Assembly: GCA_050012255.1 (NCBI GenBank)
Contig: JBEKHN010000024.1
Coordinates: forward strand, 1-26,101
Direction of reading: 5' to 3'
Length of the DNA stretch: 26,101 nucleotides
Origin: Candidatus Bathyarchaeia archaeon
GTDB taxonomy: Archaea; Thermoproteota; Bathyarchaeia; Bathyarchaeales; Bathycorpusculaceae
Each line of letters begins with the position of its first letter. Within the stretch, counting starts at the first letter, position 1. Shown one piece after another: positions 1-8,676 of this stretch. The position numbers and the translations under genes were made by a program. The notes under the pieces are model-generated. The model had not been told where the DNA came from and did no database searches. It saw only the letters and a program-made list of their open reading frames with translations.

Positions 1-88
1 GGCGGCTAAGACTAGGGCACTGTCAATGGCTAAATCGGCGGCTAAGACTAGGGCACTGTCAATGGCTAAATCGGCGGCTAAGACTAGG
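1..88 (+). repeat. Perfect 36-bp tandem repeat, at least 2.4 units, truncated by the window start
   Basis: GGCGGCTAAGACTAGGGCACTGTCAATGGCTAAATC at 1-36 and 37-72, partial at 73-88; no spacers. Confidence 0.97.
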
Positions 89-100
89 TCGCTCACATAG
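2..100 (+). CDS. 3' end of a 12-aa repeat peptide (...AAKTRALS-MAKSAAKTRALS-MAKSAAKTRSLT*); candidate RiPP precursor
   Basis: Frame +2 is open across the repeat and ends at TAG 98-100 just after the repeat decays; a hairpin follows. Frame +3 and one minus frame are also open, so the frame is inferred. Confidence 0.6.
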   Translation, partial: AAKTRALSMAKSAAKTRALSMAKSAAKTRSLT

Positions 101-102
101 AT

Positions 103-124
103 GTTGCGAGGTACCCCTCGCAAC
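103..124 (+). terminator. Perfect 9-bp stem-loop after the repeat ORF (terminator, attenuator or mRNA stabiliser)
   Basis: GTTGCGAGG-TACC-CCTCGCAAC, 2 nt after the TAG. Confidence 0.65.
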
Positions 125-212
125 CCATTCGGCGTGTGGACTCGAATGAGCGAGTGCGTCGCAAAGCATACATTTTTTTGTCTGTTTTCATTCATAGTGA
201 AGGGGGGCGAAC

Positions 213-3038
213 ATGGCCGCGGCTGTTGCAGACAAAACAGATGTGATGTACGAAATCCTGTACAATCCGAAGTTCATACCTGTGCAGTCGCCGAAGGTGA
301 ACGTGAAGACAACGATTGTCGAGGGAAGAACCTCACATTTGATGAAGAACCATGCCACGGGAACGTACTATGACCTTGATGAGCTAACGAACTTGATCTG
401 GAATTTGACAGATGGCAAGAGGACAGTTAGCCAAATTGTGAAAGAGGTGCAGCGGCAGAAATCAGAAGTGCGGGAGAAAACTGTTTTTGAAAACCTTCTG
501 TTTCTTGCTGATGCAAACCTTCTGGAGGAAAGATTTGAGCAGAAACAGAAGAAGAGATTCAAAGTGGTTTCGCCTTTTGAAATGGATTTCACATTGATTA
601 GAAATAGCCACAATTTCATCCACTCTCTTCATTCTCGTATACGTCCAATCTTCAAGAGATGGTTGCTCTGGGCGACAATTGCGTTCATCATTGCAGGCGC
701 AGTGTTGTTTGCTCGTGAATTCGTTTCCATCTATGGGCAGAAGGCGAATTTTGAAATTTTGGGATCATCGGTAGTAGGCTTCTTTTTCTACTATTTTGCA
801 GCGTTGGCTCCTGTGATTGCGATTCATGAAATCGCTCATGCAATTACTCTTGTGCATTACGGCGGTCAAGCTGGTGAAATGGGAACAGGCCTATTCTATT
901 TCGGTCCCATGTTCTATACAGATACCACCGATGCTTGGGGATTGAGCAGAGGTGAAAGAATGAAGGTCTATTTGGCCGGAAACGTTTCCACTCTGCTGAT
1001 CGGGACTGCTCTTGTTTTTGTTCATCTCTTTGTTCAGATTCCAGGATTTGCCTCTCACATCGTTTTGATGGTGGCTTTCTACTGTTTTTCAATGTCCCTC
1101 ATGAACTTTGCTCCGCCCTTTGAGACTGATGGTTATTACATACTTTCAGATGCTGTGAGCATGCCGAACCTTCGCCACGACTCATATGGGTATTTGGGGT
1201 CTGTTATTAGACGAGTTTTCAGAAGACCCGTGAAGACGAAGGCTTCCAGCCTGAACAATGGAAAGAAGAGGGTTTTTCTGTTATTCGGACTTGTGTCAGT
1301 AGGTTGGATAGCATATATCATTTTTCAAACGTCAATCTTCCTAGTTTATATGGGTCAAGACGTGACGGCTGCCCTTGCAAACATTGGCGGAGCAATCTTG
1401 TCTTCTCAGGCGATACCATTAGCAGCAGTCGTGATCGCCGCTGTTTCCACGCTTTATTTTGGAATGCAGCTCACAGGATACAGCTTCGCCTTTTCGGCTG
1501 CAATGAAGAAAGCGATGGTGAAACCCCTGACGGTTGAAGCCATCAATGACAGGAACTTGGCTGTTTTTGCTTATCTCCCACCAGGGGTTCCAGAATCGCT
1601 CTCTGGTCGTTTAAGGTCAAGAATGGAAAAGATTGCGAAGAGGCTCACGCCAAAATATGAGATCAAGCAGGCTGGGCGCTCATGTCTTGCAATACTTAGA
1701 ATGGGTGGCACAAGTCTGGCCCTAGTCCAAATCAAGGAACACCTCAGACGGATTGAAAATGAATTTAACTCGACCTACGAGAAGCTTGTCGTAGGCCATA
1801 AGGACACGATTCAAAGGTCGGTGGGCGTCTATGCCCCGAACAAGATTGGCTTCACGAACAATCTCAAACAACTTGCAGTTGAATCAGTCGATGCCGGCAA
1901 TTCCACTGCTGTCAATATTGTTAGAGCGTGTGAAAATGCACAGAAAGAAACTCTGTTGTATCTTCTGCAATCAGCTAGCGGTACGGTTTGGACCATTGAG
2001 GTGCAGCCTTCACAGGAATATGAATTTGAAAAGGAGCTGGTTCCATCTATGCTTCTTGAAGATATGACTCTAACTGACCTGTACCGTGACACTGAGAACT
2101 TCAAGAAACGCACCGTTTACGGTTATGATTCACTCATGGTTCTGGCAACTGAAACTGAAATAGGTGTAAAGGAAGGGCTTGCTAGACCAGATGTGTGTCA
2201 GTGTCTGAGCGTGTTTGAGCCCCTCAAGAGTCGATTTGTTTTCGTAGGTAGGACTGAGCAGGTTGAAAATAAGATGGATGCACTTGCGCCTGTATTCATC
2301 GCGTACACGTGGTCCGGCTACGTGGACAATCTACTGTGCGAGACGTGTCTTAAACTTTCAACCATTACCAGGGCCCGTCTGCCCGGTGCTGAAGAGATAA
2401 AGCAAATGAGCATCGCAGAACTGGCAGTTCTGTCAAAAGATCTTTCGATGTTTGATGAAACTCAGGAGCTGGTTAACAAACACATGAAAAAGACTGAGGA
2501 ACAACTTGGTAAGATGAATGAAAGTCTGGCACAGCTGAAGGACGAGGCAAAAGGCTTTGCGGGTTTCAAGATTGGAAATCTGGACGCGGCGTTGCGTGTG
2601 AATACTGAGAATTTTGCGGCTATTCCCAGCAGGATTAAAGGGTTTCAGAAGGATTGGAATGCGCTGTGCAAACGAATCGAGAAGGTTCGATTACACGTCG
2701 ACCAAGCCTACAGCGAGAGGAAGCCTGTCATCGAAAAGAAGAAGCGTCACATGCTACTGATTTCTCCTTTCATGATCATGATGTCCGTTTTGCTTTTTGT
2801 TCTGGGCTTTCATCCCATGCTAGCATCATGGTCAGTGGCGTTCTTCTCAGTTGCAGCTGTTTTGCAGGTTGTTTATTGGGCATTTTTCTATCAAGCGTGG
2901 GGTTCACTTCATAAAGTCACGAAGTATTCAAGCCAACCTTTCAACGCAGTCCACATAGTCCTGCTATCCTTGACGGAAGCAGTTTTCGGGTATGTGACTA
3001 CGGAGGATGTTTTGACCCCGGTGGAAACTGCCCTCTAG
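213..3038 (+). CDS. PqqD/RRE domain + M50 (site-2-protease/YydH-like) membrane zinc metalloprotease with a long C-terminal soluble/coiled-coil region and terminal TM helices
   Basis: N-terminal YYDLDELTNLIWNLTDGKRTVSQIV..LLFLADANLL (PqqD pattern); HEIAH at aa 205-209; NFAPPFETDG at aa 298-307; multiple hydrophobic helices; purine-rich RBS before ATG. Confidence 0.88.
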   Translation: MAAAVADKTDVMYEILYNPKFIPVQSPKVNVKTTIVEGRTSHLMKNHATGTYYDLDELTNLIWNLTDGKRTVSQIVKEVQRQKSEVREKTVFENLLFLADANLLEERFEQKQKKRFKVVSPFEMDFTLIRNSHNFIHSLHSRIRPIFKRWLLWATIAFIIAGAVLFAREFVSIYGQKANFEILGSSVVGFFFYYFAALAPVIAIHEIAHAITLVHYGGQAGEMGTGLFYFGPMFYTDTTDAWGLSRGERMKVYLAGNVSTLLIGTALVFVHLFVQIPGFASHIVLMVAFYCFSMSLMNFAPPFETDGYYILSDAVSMPNLRHDSYGYLGSVIRRVFRRPVKTKASSLNNGKKRVFLLFGLVSVGWIAYIIFQTSIFLVYMGQDVTAALANIGGAILSSQAIPLAAVVIAAVSTLYFGMQLTGYSFAFSAAMKKAMVKPLTVEAINDRNLAVFAYLPPGVPESLSGRLRSRMEKIAKRLTPKYEIKQAGRSCLAILRMGGTSLALVQIKEHLRRIENEFNSTYEKLVVGHKDTIQRSVGVYAPNKIGFTNNLKQLAVESVDAGNSTAVNIVRACENAQKETLLYLLQSASGTVWTIEVQPSQEYEFEKELVPSMLLEDMTLTDLYRDTENFKKRTVYGYDSLMVLATETEIGVKEGLARPDVCQCLSVFEPLKSRFVFVGRTEQVENKMDALAPVFIAYTWSGYVDNLLCETCLKLSTITRARLPGAEEIKQMSIAELAVLSKDLSMFDETQELVNKHMKKTEEQLGKMNESLAQLKDEAKGFAGFKIGNLDAALRVNTENFAAIPSRIKGFQKDWNALCKRIEKVRLHVDQAYSERKPVIEKKKRHMLLISPFMIMMSVLLFVLGFHPMLASWSVAFFSVAAVLQVVYWAFFYQAWGSLHKVTKYSSQPFNAVHIVLLSLTEAVFGYVTTEDVLTPVETAL

Positions 3039-3114
3039 AACCTTTTACACCCCGGGGACAATGTTGCGAATGCACGGTGTGAGCAACTTTATAAGCGCTA
3101 AAACGCATATTTGA

Positions 3115-3903
3115 TTGATTCATATGCCACAATCTGGCCGCAAGAGATTTTTGAAAACAACATGCAAGTCCTCGTGCATAGAGGAAAGACTCTCAAAGGA
3201 AAAGGCTCTGGGTATTTCGAATGTTGAGGGGGCTAATAGGTTAAGACATCTTGTGAATCATTTTGATGGTTCGAAAAAGCCTCGTCATTCTTTTGATTTG
3301 CCCCAGAGGCTTTTCGGCTACAACTCGGCGGAGGCAAGAGTGGTTGGAGGGATTCCAGCAAATCTGGGCTCGAACTCGTTCTCGGCTGACCCCTTAAAGT
3401 CTCCGGGCATAAGCTTAGATAAGCTGCCGAAAAACAGTTCAAACCTGTTGAACAGAAATGTGAACGGCTCCAATGTCTTGAAGGAAGATTCTGTGCGAAA
3501 TGGGTCTGGAGCTTCGAACTTTCTGTCAGCGTTGATTGATAAGCGCAGGCTGGTAATGCACAAGTCTAATCGATCGCTTTCCGAAAAAGAGATTCAGTCA
3601 GGCGTTGAAAAACCTGAGCAGCTTTCTCAGGCCAGAAGGCATCAGTTGTTTCAGGCTTTATCGAAGGAGCCGTTGCCATTTCTTGACCTTCATGTACGTT
3701 TTGGAGTCTCCAAGCAGACGATGAGAGGATTCGTCAGGAGAGGATGGTTAACAGAAATGTGGGGACAAGGAGGCATCGGGATTAGGTTTAGACTTTCACA
3801 GAGGGGTAGAAATTATTTGAGGGAACTCGAGGGTGCTGCAAAGTACAAAACAAAAGCAACGCAAAGAGATTTGATCCGCCTTAAGCAAAAGGCTTTCCCG
3901 TGA
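3115..3903 (+). CDS. Hypothetical protein with probable C-terminal winged helix-turn-helix; start uncertain
   Basis: C-terminal LFQALSKEPLPFLDLHVRFGVSKQTMRGFVRRGWL...FRLSQRGRNYLREL; N-terminal half low-complexity. Confidence 0.55.
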   Translation: MIHMPQSGRKRFLKTTCKSSCIEERLSKEKALGISNVEGANRLRHLVNHFDGSKKPRHSFDLPQRLFGYNSAEARVVGGIPANLGSNSFSADPLKSPGISLDKLPKNSSNLLNRNVNGSNVLKEDSVRNGSGASNFLSALIDKRRLVMHKSNRSLSEKEIQSGVEKPEQLSQARRHQLFQALSKEPLPFLDLHVRFGVSKQTMRGFVRRGWLTEMWGQGGIGIRFRLSQRGRNYLRELEGAAKYKTKATQRDLIRLKQKAFP

Positions 3904-3976
3904 ACCTGTTCTTGTTCTCGTGTATGTTGGAAGACATTTGTCGCGAATCTAAGCAGACGCAAGACTGGTTTGTCGG

Positions 3977-4143
3977 CTATGCTTCTCCCGTGATCCACCC
4001 TTCTATTCCAAGTTCTTTCACTGTGATCGTTAGCGGCTCAGGCTGATGTGACTTGCCTTTGCCGTTTTCATCGAGGTACAGAATTCCCGAGCCAACAGTG
4101 AATGAGCCTTTATGTTTTGGCTTTACGCTGAACTTCACCTCTT
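3977..4143 (-). pseudogene. C-terminal fragment of an Ig/BatD-like beta-sandwich protein, truncated at a GC motif
   Basis: EEVKFSVKPKHKGSFTVGSGILYLDENG..PLTITVKELGIEGWITGEA*; the frame runs into CGCGCGCGC at 4144-4152 and then into MITE sequence. Confidence 0.6.
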
Positions 4144-4208
4144 CGCGCGCGCTGCAAGAGAGGAGATATCTCCAGCCGCTTTCCTCTTTTTCTGTTTTCC
4201 AGCGCGCA

Positions 4209-4358
4209 TGCCTGTTCCTAAATTCGTTTGCAGAGTATTTTGTGCTTCCGGCTGTACTCCGTCTATGGATAGTGATGGACGTCGGGATACGATGGGCATC
4301 GTTCAGAAGGCGCAAATCAACTCTATCACACTTAAAAAGAGGAATTTAGGAACACGCT
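4209..4358 (+). mobile_element. 150-bp MITE, copy 1 (shares ends with the IS at 15255)
   Basis: Ends TGCCTGTTCCTAAATT ... AATTTAGGAACACGCT; flanking 8-mers AGCGCGCA (4201-4208) and AGCGCGCT (4359-4366); recurs at 11801 and 26001. Confidence 0.92.
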
Positions 4359-4477
4359 AGCGCGCTCTGCTACAAAGCAGTCTGGAATAGACTGAAACTT
4401 GGAAACAGTCGTACGCGGGAGTTGCCGTTCCCAGACTGTAATTTATACCGAAATTTCCCTTTTCTGTTAGATTGCAT

Positions 4478-4495
4478 GCCGCTGGGATTTGAACC
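4478..4495 (-). other. tRNA 3'-end-like remnant (possible att-site relic), not a complete tRNA
   Basis: Minus strand GGTTCAAATCCCAGCGGC (T-loop plus 3' stems); T-stem pairs poorly and the 5' part is replaced by the GC motif at 4505. Confidence 0.3.
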
Positions 4496-4671
4496 GGACC
4501 TCAAGCGCGCGCGCTTGCTCAACGCAGCGACTTTTGCTACTGCCATCATCAACGTTAACACTGTGGAGAATTACACGGTGAATGATTAAGGAGATGGGTC
4601 AAAACCGCCGTCGGGAAATCGTCGGCGAAAAGCTATAAGGCAAACCACAGATGTTGCAATAGGTGAGCTAA

Positions 4672-4839
4672 TTGCTGAAATGTCCAAGCTGCGGTTCTGA
4701 TGATACATACTATCGCCAAACAACATCTAAAGGAGATGAATACGAATGCCGCAAATGCAGCAACACGTTTACAGAGAAAGCTCCAGGCTTCCGTGCTCCT
4801 TCACCAGTTTCCACAGCGACTGAAGGAAGCAAGACATGA
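4672..4839 (+). CDS. 55-aa zinc-ribbon protein (not in the ORF track)
   Basis: RBS AGGTGA at 4661, TTG start, MLKCPSCGSDDTYYRQTTSKGDEYECRKCSNTF...*; two CxxC pairs. Confidence 0.75.
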   Translation: MLKCPSCGSDDTYYRQTTSKGDEYECRKCSNTFTEKAPGFRAPSPVSTATEGSKT

Positions 4840-4945
4840 ACTTCATGGTGCTCGTGAGCTTTCTCGCAGAACAGGCATATCTGCTGATGTTATCTGCGGC
4901 TATTTGAAATTGCTGGATTTGGAGCCTGAGGTTCAGGCGGCTCCG
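4838..4945 (+). pseudogene. ParB/Spo0J-like HTH fragment
   Basis: HGARELSRRTGISADVICGYLKLLDLEPEVQ; ends at palindrome GTGCGCGCAC 4946-4955. Confidence 0.5.
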
Positions 4946-4955
4946 GTGCGCGCAC

Positions 4956-4969
4956 TTTAGGAACGCGCA
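4956..4969 (-). mobile_element. Solo terminal inverted repeat remnant of the IS/MITE family
   Basis: TTTAGGAACGCGCA versus TTTAGGAACACGCA at 21946-21959 (13/14). Confidence 0.65.
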
Positions 4970-4973
4970 TAAT

Positions 4974-5021
4974 TTACCATTCTTCTTCTTCGAAGTCTTC
5001 TTCTTCATCTTCATCTGTCAT
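4974..5021 (-). CDS. 15-aa acidic micro-peptide MTDEDEEEDFEEEEW
   Basis: Strong GGAGGTG RBS just upstream of the ATG (5021); TAA stop. Confidence 0.5.
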   Translation of the reverse strand: MTDEDEEEDFEEEEW

Positions 5022-5200
5022 TCTTTTCCACCTCCATGCCTTTCCAGTGCGTAGTGAGAACATACATGAAATCTTTAAGGATTATTATGCGTCAGTTGTC
5101 AAGTATAGATTCAGGATCAAGTTAATGTTGAGCGTGCGCCCGAGATCGGGTTCACGGTTCACACATTAAATAGTAGGCTGCGCGCGGTTATAGGTAGACG

Positions 5201-5308
5201 ATGAGAATGATTGAAGAACCTAATTTTGACGATGATGAACCGTGGCTAGATGACGATGAAGACCAAGATGAACCGCAAGAACCAATTGAAGGGACTGAAG
5301 AGCCATAG
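5201..5308 (+). CDS. 35-aa acidic peptide MRMIEEPNFDDDEPWLDDDEDQDEPQEPIEGTEEP
   Basis: Open frame ATG 5201 to TAG 5308, lying between GC motifs at 5180 and 5364; strong D/E codon bias. Confidence 0.5.
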   Translation: MRMIEEPNFDDDEPWLDDDEDQDEPQEPIEGTEEP

Positions 5309-5520
5309 TTGAAAAACAGCAATGCTAGTACTGTTTCACACTTCTTTAGTCATTAATCTGTAAGCGCGCGCGGTCAATCGATAACCCGCTAATTTTTAGC
5401 GTGTTTCAACCCCATCTCCCAGCACCTCCATATTGAAAAAGCTGCGTCTTTTTGACGGATAGCTGATCCACGATGACCCATTGACGCGTGCGATTTGGTT
5501 TGGCTGCTGTCAAGACAGGG

Positions 5521-6259
5521 TTATGGGTAGTGCTGGTTGAAGTGGCCTGAAAGTATTATGGCGTCATAGATGTCAACAGTGCCGTCGCCGTTTATGTCTG
5601 CATTAGGATTCCACTTTGGACTGCCTGGACTGGAGTTGAAGGCGCCAGCCAGTATTATGGCGTCGTAGATGTCCACAGTGCCATCGCCGTTTATGTCGCC
5701 GGGGATGCCCACGTAGATCGTGCCGCCCGTCAGGTTGTTGTCGGCGGTGTTTGTTTCGCCTTGAACAGGCCAAGCGTAGGCGCTTATCGTGTAGTTGCCC
5801 TTAGCAATGCCGGTGGTGTTCCAGGTGAAGGTTATGGTGGTGGAGTTTCCGCTTGACAGGGTGACGTTTTGTGATGCTATGATGGTTGTGTTGGCGTATG
5901 CTGTAACATTGGAGGTTTCAGCGGAGTCGCCTACGTCTGCGGCTGTAACGTTGATACTCATGGAACATCCGCTTCCAACAACACTTTTTGAAGTGATGAC
6001 TCCCTCAATTGATACGTCATGGTTCGCTGATGAAGGACCGAAAGCATAGATTTTGCCATCCGTTGATCCTACGTAAACTACTTCGTTGACTACAACAGGA
6101 GAAGAATACACCCAGTAACCTGTCGTGTAGCTCCAAACATACGATCCGGTAGTAGCGTTCAGGCAGTAAACCTTCCCATCATTCCAATACCCTGATCCTA
6201 CGTAGATCAGACCACCAACAACGGCAGGAGAAGAATACACGTCATAGCCACCTGTCGTA
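5521..6259 (-). pseudogene. 5'-truncated PQQ-like beta-propeller + CARDB/Ig + dockerin protein
   Basis: VYSSPAVVGGLIYVGS / VYSSPVVVNEVVYVGS repeats, HDVSI..NVTLSSGNSTTITFTWNT, twin GDINGDGTVDIYD; similarity starts abruptly at the GC motif 6260-6269. Confidence 0.85.
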
Positions 6260-6270
6260 GCGCGCGCGCT

Positions 6271-6429
6271 GATTGGATAATAATCGTCGAAGAGGCAAAC
6301 ACCTTCAAGAACGTGCCGGCATTCGCGAAATTTCTCTATGGAAGCAGGCATGTAGTCAGGAAGATGATAGCTATTACCCCTCAAACCGATGCCTTCACGG
6401 GGCTGGTTACACTTGCGACTTACCACTAG
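6271..6429 (+). pseudogene. C-terminal fragment of an FtsK/HerA-superfamily P-loop ATPase (not in the ORF track)
   Basis: DWIIIVEEANTFKNVPAFAKFLYGSRHVVRKMIAITPQTDAFTGLVTLATYH*: Walker B (IIIVEE), SRH arginine finger, downstream Q; bounded by GC motifs. Confidence 0.6.
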
Positions 6430-6447
6430 ACAGGGCATAGCGCGCGC

Positions 6448-6602
6448 GATATGCTAGGCGCAATGCCCAAAAACGATGTCCACGTGTTCGGCGGTCACAC
6501 CTTGAACAGTCTGAAAGCAATGTTTTCCCGGTCAAGGCGCAGATTGGCTGTTAAGCTACAGAATCCCCGGCTCCTAGACATCCACTTTCACTCGCTACGC
6601 CA
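6448..6602 (+). pseudogene. Internal fragment of a tyrosine recombinase/integrase
   Basis: MLGAMPKNDVHVFGGHTLNSLKAMFSRSRRRLAVKLQNPRLLDIHFHSLR (HxLR box II), cut just after by the GC motif. Confidence 0.8.
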
Positions 6603-6611
6603 GCGCGCGCG

Positions 6612-6648
6612 CCTCCTTTTTTTTGTGTTTCGTTGATGCTTTGTATAC
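6612..6648 (-). promoter_or_regulatory. Orphan leader/RBS, related to 8677-8720
   Basis: Minus strand GTATACAAAGCATCAACGAAACACAAAAAAAAGGAGG, then GC motif. Confidence 0.5.
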
Positions 6649-6653
6649 GCGCG

Positions 6654-7940
6654 CTATATCGAAGGCTTGCGTCTGCCTGCCATCTTGGCAAGAAACGCAT
6701 AACCAACCAGAGTTGCGAACCCAATCAGTCCGAGGACTCCCCAAACAAACTTCTTATCCATCAACGAAGCAAACAAAGAAAAAGCAATCTGCGAACCCGC
6801 TGCCCCGCCTATTCCGAAGAATAGCCCAGTAATCGCCATATACCGTCCCCTCATGTCGGCAGGTGCAAGGTTGGCGACAAAACCCGAGCTAGCCGGAACA
6901 AACGTGATCTCCCCCAGCGTGAGTACGATGACGCCTATCAAGAACTGAGCGAAGCTTACAGCAAACATGAAATACGTGAAGCCCAAGGCATACAAGAACT
7001 GAGCAACTATGAAAGCTCTGGCAGCCCCTATTTTCACAGCTCCTTTTCTAATCGGTATTTGCAACGCAACAACCATCGCTCCGTTGACTGAGAAAAATGC
7101 GCCGAAAATGTAAGGCTCAAACCCAACGTACTGCGTGTAGACCGACAGCAACCCGTACAGCTGCGAGTAAACCAAATTCGTTAGCGCACCCATCAGACAG
7201 AAGAGAACGAAGACTCTGTCTTTGAATATTCCTGCAAACTGGGCAACAGACACCCCGCTACCTTCCTCAGGCGTGTAGGACTCCTTGATTGACAAGACGA
7301 GCCCACCTGCAGCAACCGCCGCAAACACGGCGGCATAAACAAAAAGTACAGGATAACCGTTCGTGCTTGCGATGAACCCACCGATCGGCGGCCCCACCAT
7401 CGTACCGATATTACCGATCATGTAACTCAACCCATACACCTCTTCGCGTCTTTCAGGGTTCACAAGATCGGCGACCATGGCGCTCTGGGCCGGATCAAAG
7501 AAAGCTCCAATGACTCCTGTGGCAGCATACAATAGTAGAAACTCGACGTAGCTGGTGACAAACGCGAAACAAGCAGTCAAAACGGCTAGGATGATCATCG
7601 AGAAAATCAGCATCCTTTTTCTTCCAAACCTGTCGCACAAGTTGCCAGTGACGAGCAGAGCAAACGTGTTTGCAAGACTGCCAATCATTATCATGAAACC
7701 AATGAGCGATGGGTCAAACTGTAGACCCCCGTTCACTCTGCTTCCGGTCAGAAACATTGCCAAGTAGGGGAAAGCTATGTTTCTCCCAAGTGAAAAGACA
7801 AACCCAAGACCAAGAAGGGCCCGAATCTGGAAGGGTAAACCCGTAAGCCCAACTCTAGAAGAGGCACGGAGAAACCACTGGCTTATCACTCTCGTAAGAC
7901 GTGAACTTCTGTACTGAGAGTTCATGATACAATTCATCAT
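6654..7940 (-). CDS. MFS transporter (MdtH-like drug/H+ antiporter type); start uncertain
   Basis: GNLCDRFGRKR motif A, GTMVGPPIGG motif C, about 12 TM segments; the stop TAG is part of the TAGCGCGCG motif. Confidence 0.92.
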   Translation of the reverse strand: MMNCIMNSQYRSSRLTRVISQWFLRASSRVGLTGLPFQIRALLGLGFVFSLGRNIAFPYLAMFLTGSRVNGGLQFDPSLIGFMIMIGSLANTFALLVTGNLCDRFGRKRMLIFSMIILAVLTACFAFVTSYVEFLLLYAATGVIGAFFDPAQSAMVADLVNPERREEVYGLSYMIGNIGTMVGPPIGGFIASTNGYPVLFVYAAVFAAVAAGGLVLSIKESYTPEEGSGVSVAQFAGIFKDRVFVLFCLMGALTNLVYSQLYGLLSVYTQYVGFEPYIFGAFFSVNGAMVVALQIPIRKGAVKIGAARAFIVAQFLYALGFTYFMFAVSFAQFLIGVIVLTLGEITFVPASSGFVANLAPADMRGRYMAITGLFFGIGGAAGSQIAFSLFASLMDKKFVWGVLGLIGFATLVGYAFLAKMAGRRKPSI

Positions 7941-8121
7941 TCTCCGTAGCGCGCGCGGGCACAGACAAATCTTGAATGGCCGTTAAGAACCTTTCTCTTT
8001 AACCAACGCGCGCGCTTATATTTTGTCAGCGCCTCCCACTGCGCTAGAGTTCCCGTCACTATCTGAGATTCATAACACACATTACATCATTTTCTATAGT
8101 TATCTAAGAGGAAATTTGAAG

Positions 8122-8295
8122 ATGGCTAATCGGCCGCTCGTGCTTAATTGTCCAGAATGCGGGAAACCATTGAAAAAGAACAAGGGCGAGGCTAGGTACA
8201 GCTGCGAAAACAGCGCTTGTTCCGTTATATCTGTTCGTCACCCTGACAAGCAAGGCATAATGGAGATACAATACGAGGCCAGAGCTCGCTCTTGA
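8122..8295 (+). CDS. Small zinc-ribbon protein, paralogue of 20732-20920
   Basis: MANRPLVLNCPECGKPLKKNKGEARYSCENSACSVISVR; ATG 8122 preferred over the track start at 8023. Confidence 0.65.
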   Translation: MANRPLVLNCPECGKPLKKNKGEARYSCENSACSVISVRHPDKQGIMEIQYEARARS

Positions 8296-8676
8296 GTGCG
8301 CACCGCGCTTCAGTCAATCAAGTTTCGCGCCGCACGTTGGACACCTAACCGGATAATTCTCTCCATTCATCATTTTCAATGCGCAACCAAAACAGATACA
8401 GATATTGCATTTTGGGCAATGATAGTTTGCTCCCTGAATACGAGTGCCGCACATATCGTAGAGTCTTGTCAAGCAACAGTCAGCCAACGGTTTCGCCCCT
8501 TCCTGATTAATGGAAAGCGCACCTTTGAAAGCTAAAAGGAATTTGCCGATGTGACCTAGATGCGACCGTGAGAGGACAGTTGAAGTGAAGGAATGGCAAG
8601 TTCTTTTTTCTCTAGGTCATAGTTTCGATGTGAATTTCATATTATGAAACCTTATACACTTGTATGGCGCGCGCGC

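Noticed and set aside
1-88. 36-bp repeat as a CRISPR array
   Set aside because: Units are head-to-tail with no spacers, and the length is a multiple of 3 with open frames
3977-4315. 112-aa ORF as a real gene
   Set aside because: Chimera of MITE sequence, a 48-bp spacer and a C-terminal fragment
4112-4360. Similar ORFs at 4112-4360, 11799-11987 and 11844-12278 as a protein family
   Set aside because: The similarity is simply the MITE sequence
4440-4510. Functional tRNA gene
   Set aside because: Only a T-loop/3'-like 18-mer; no D or anticodon arm
4700-4960. 86-aa ORF as a single gene
   Set aside because: Its 5' half is an alternative frame of the RBS-supported Zn-ribbon gene; only the 3' part looks like an HTH
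5521-6438. 305-aa ORF as an intact gene
   Set aside because: The first ~59 aa are the antisense of the ATPase fragment across a linker; no signal peptide
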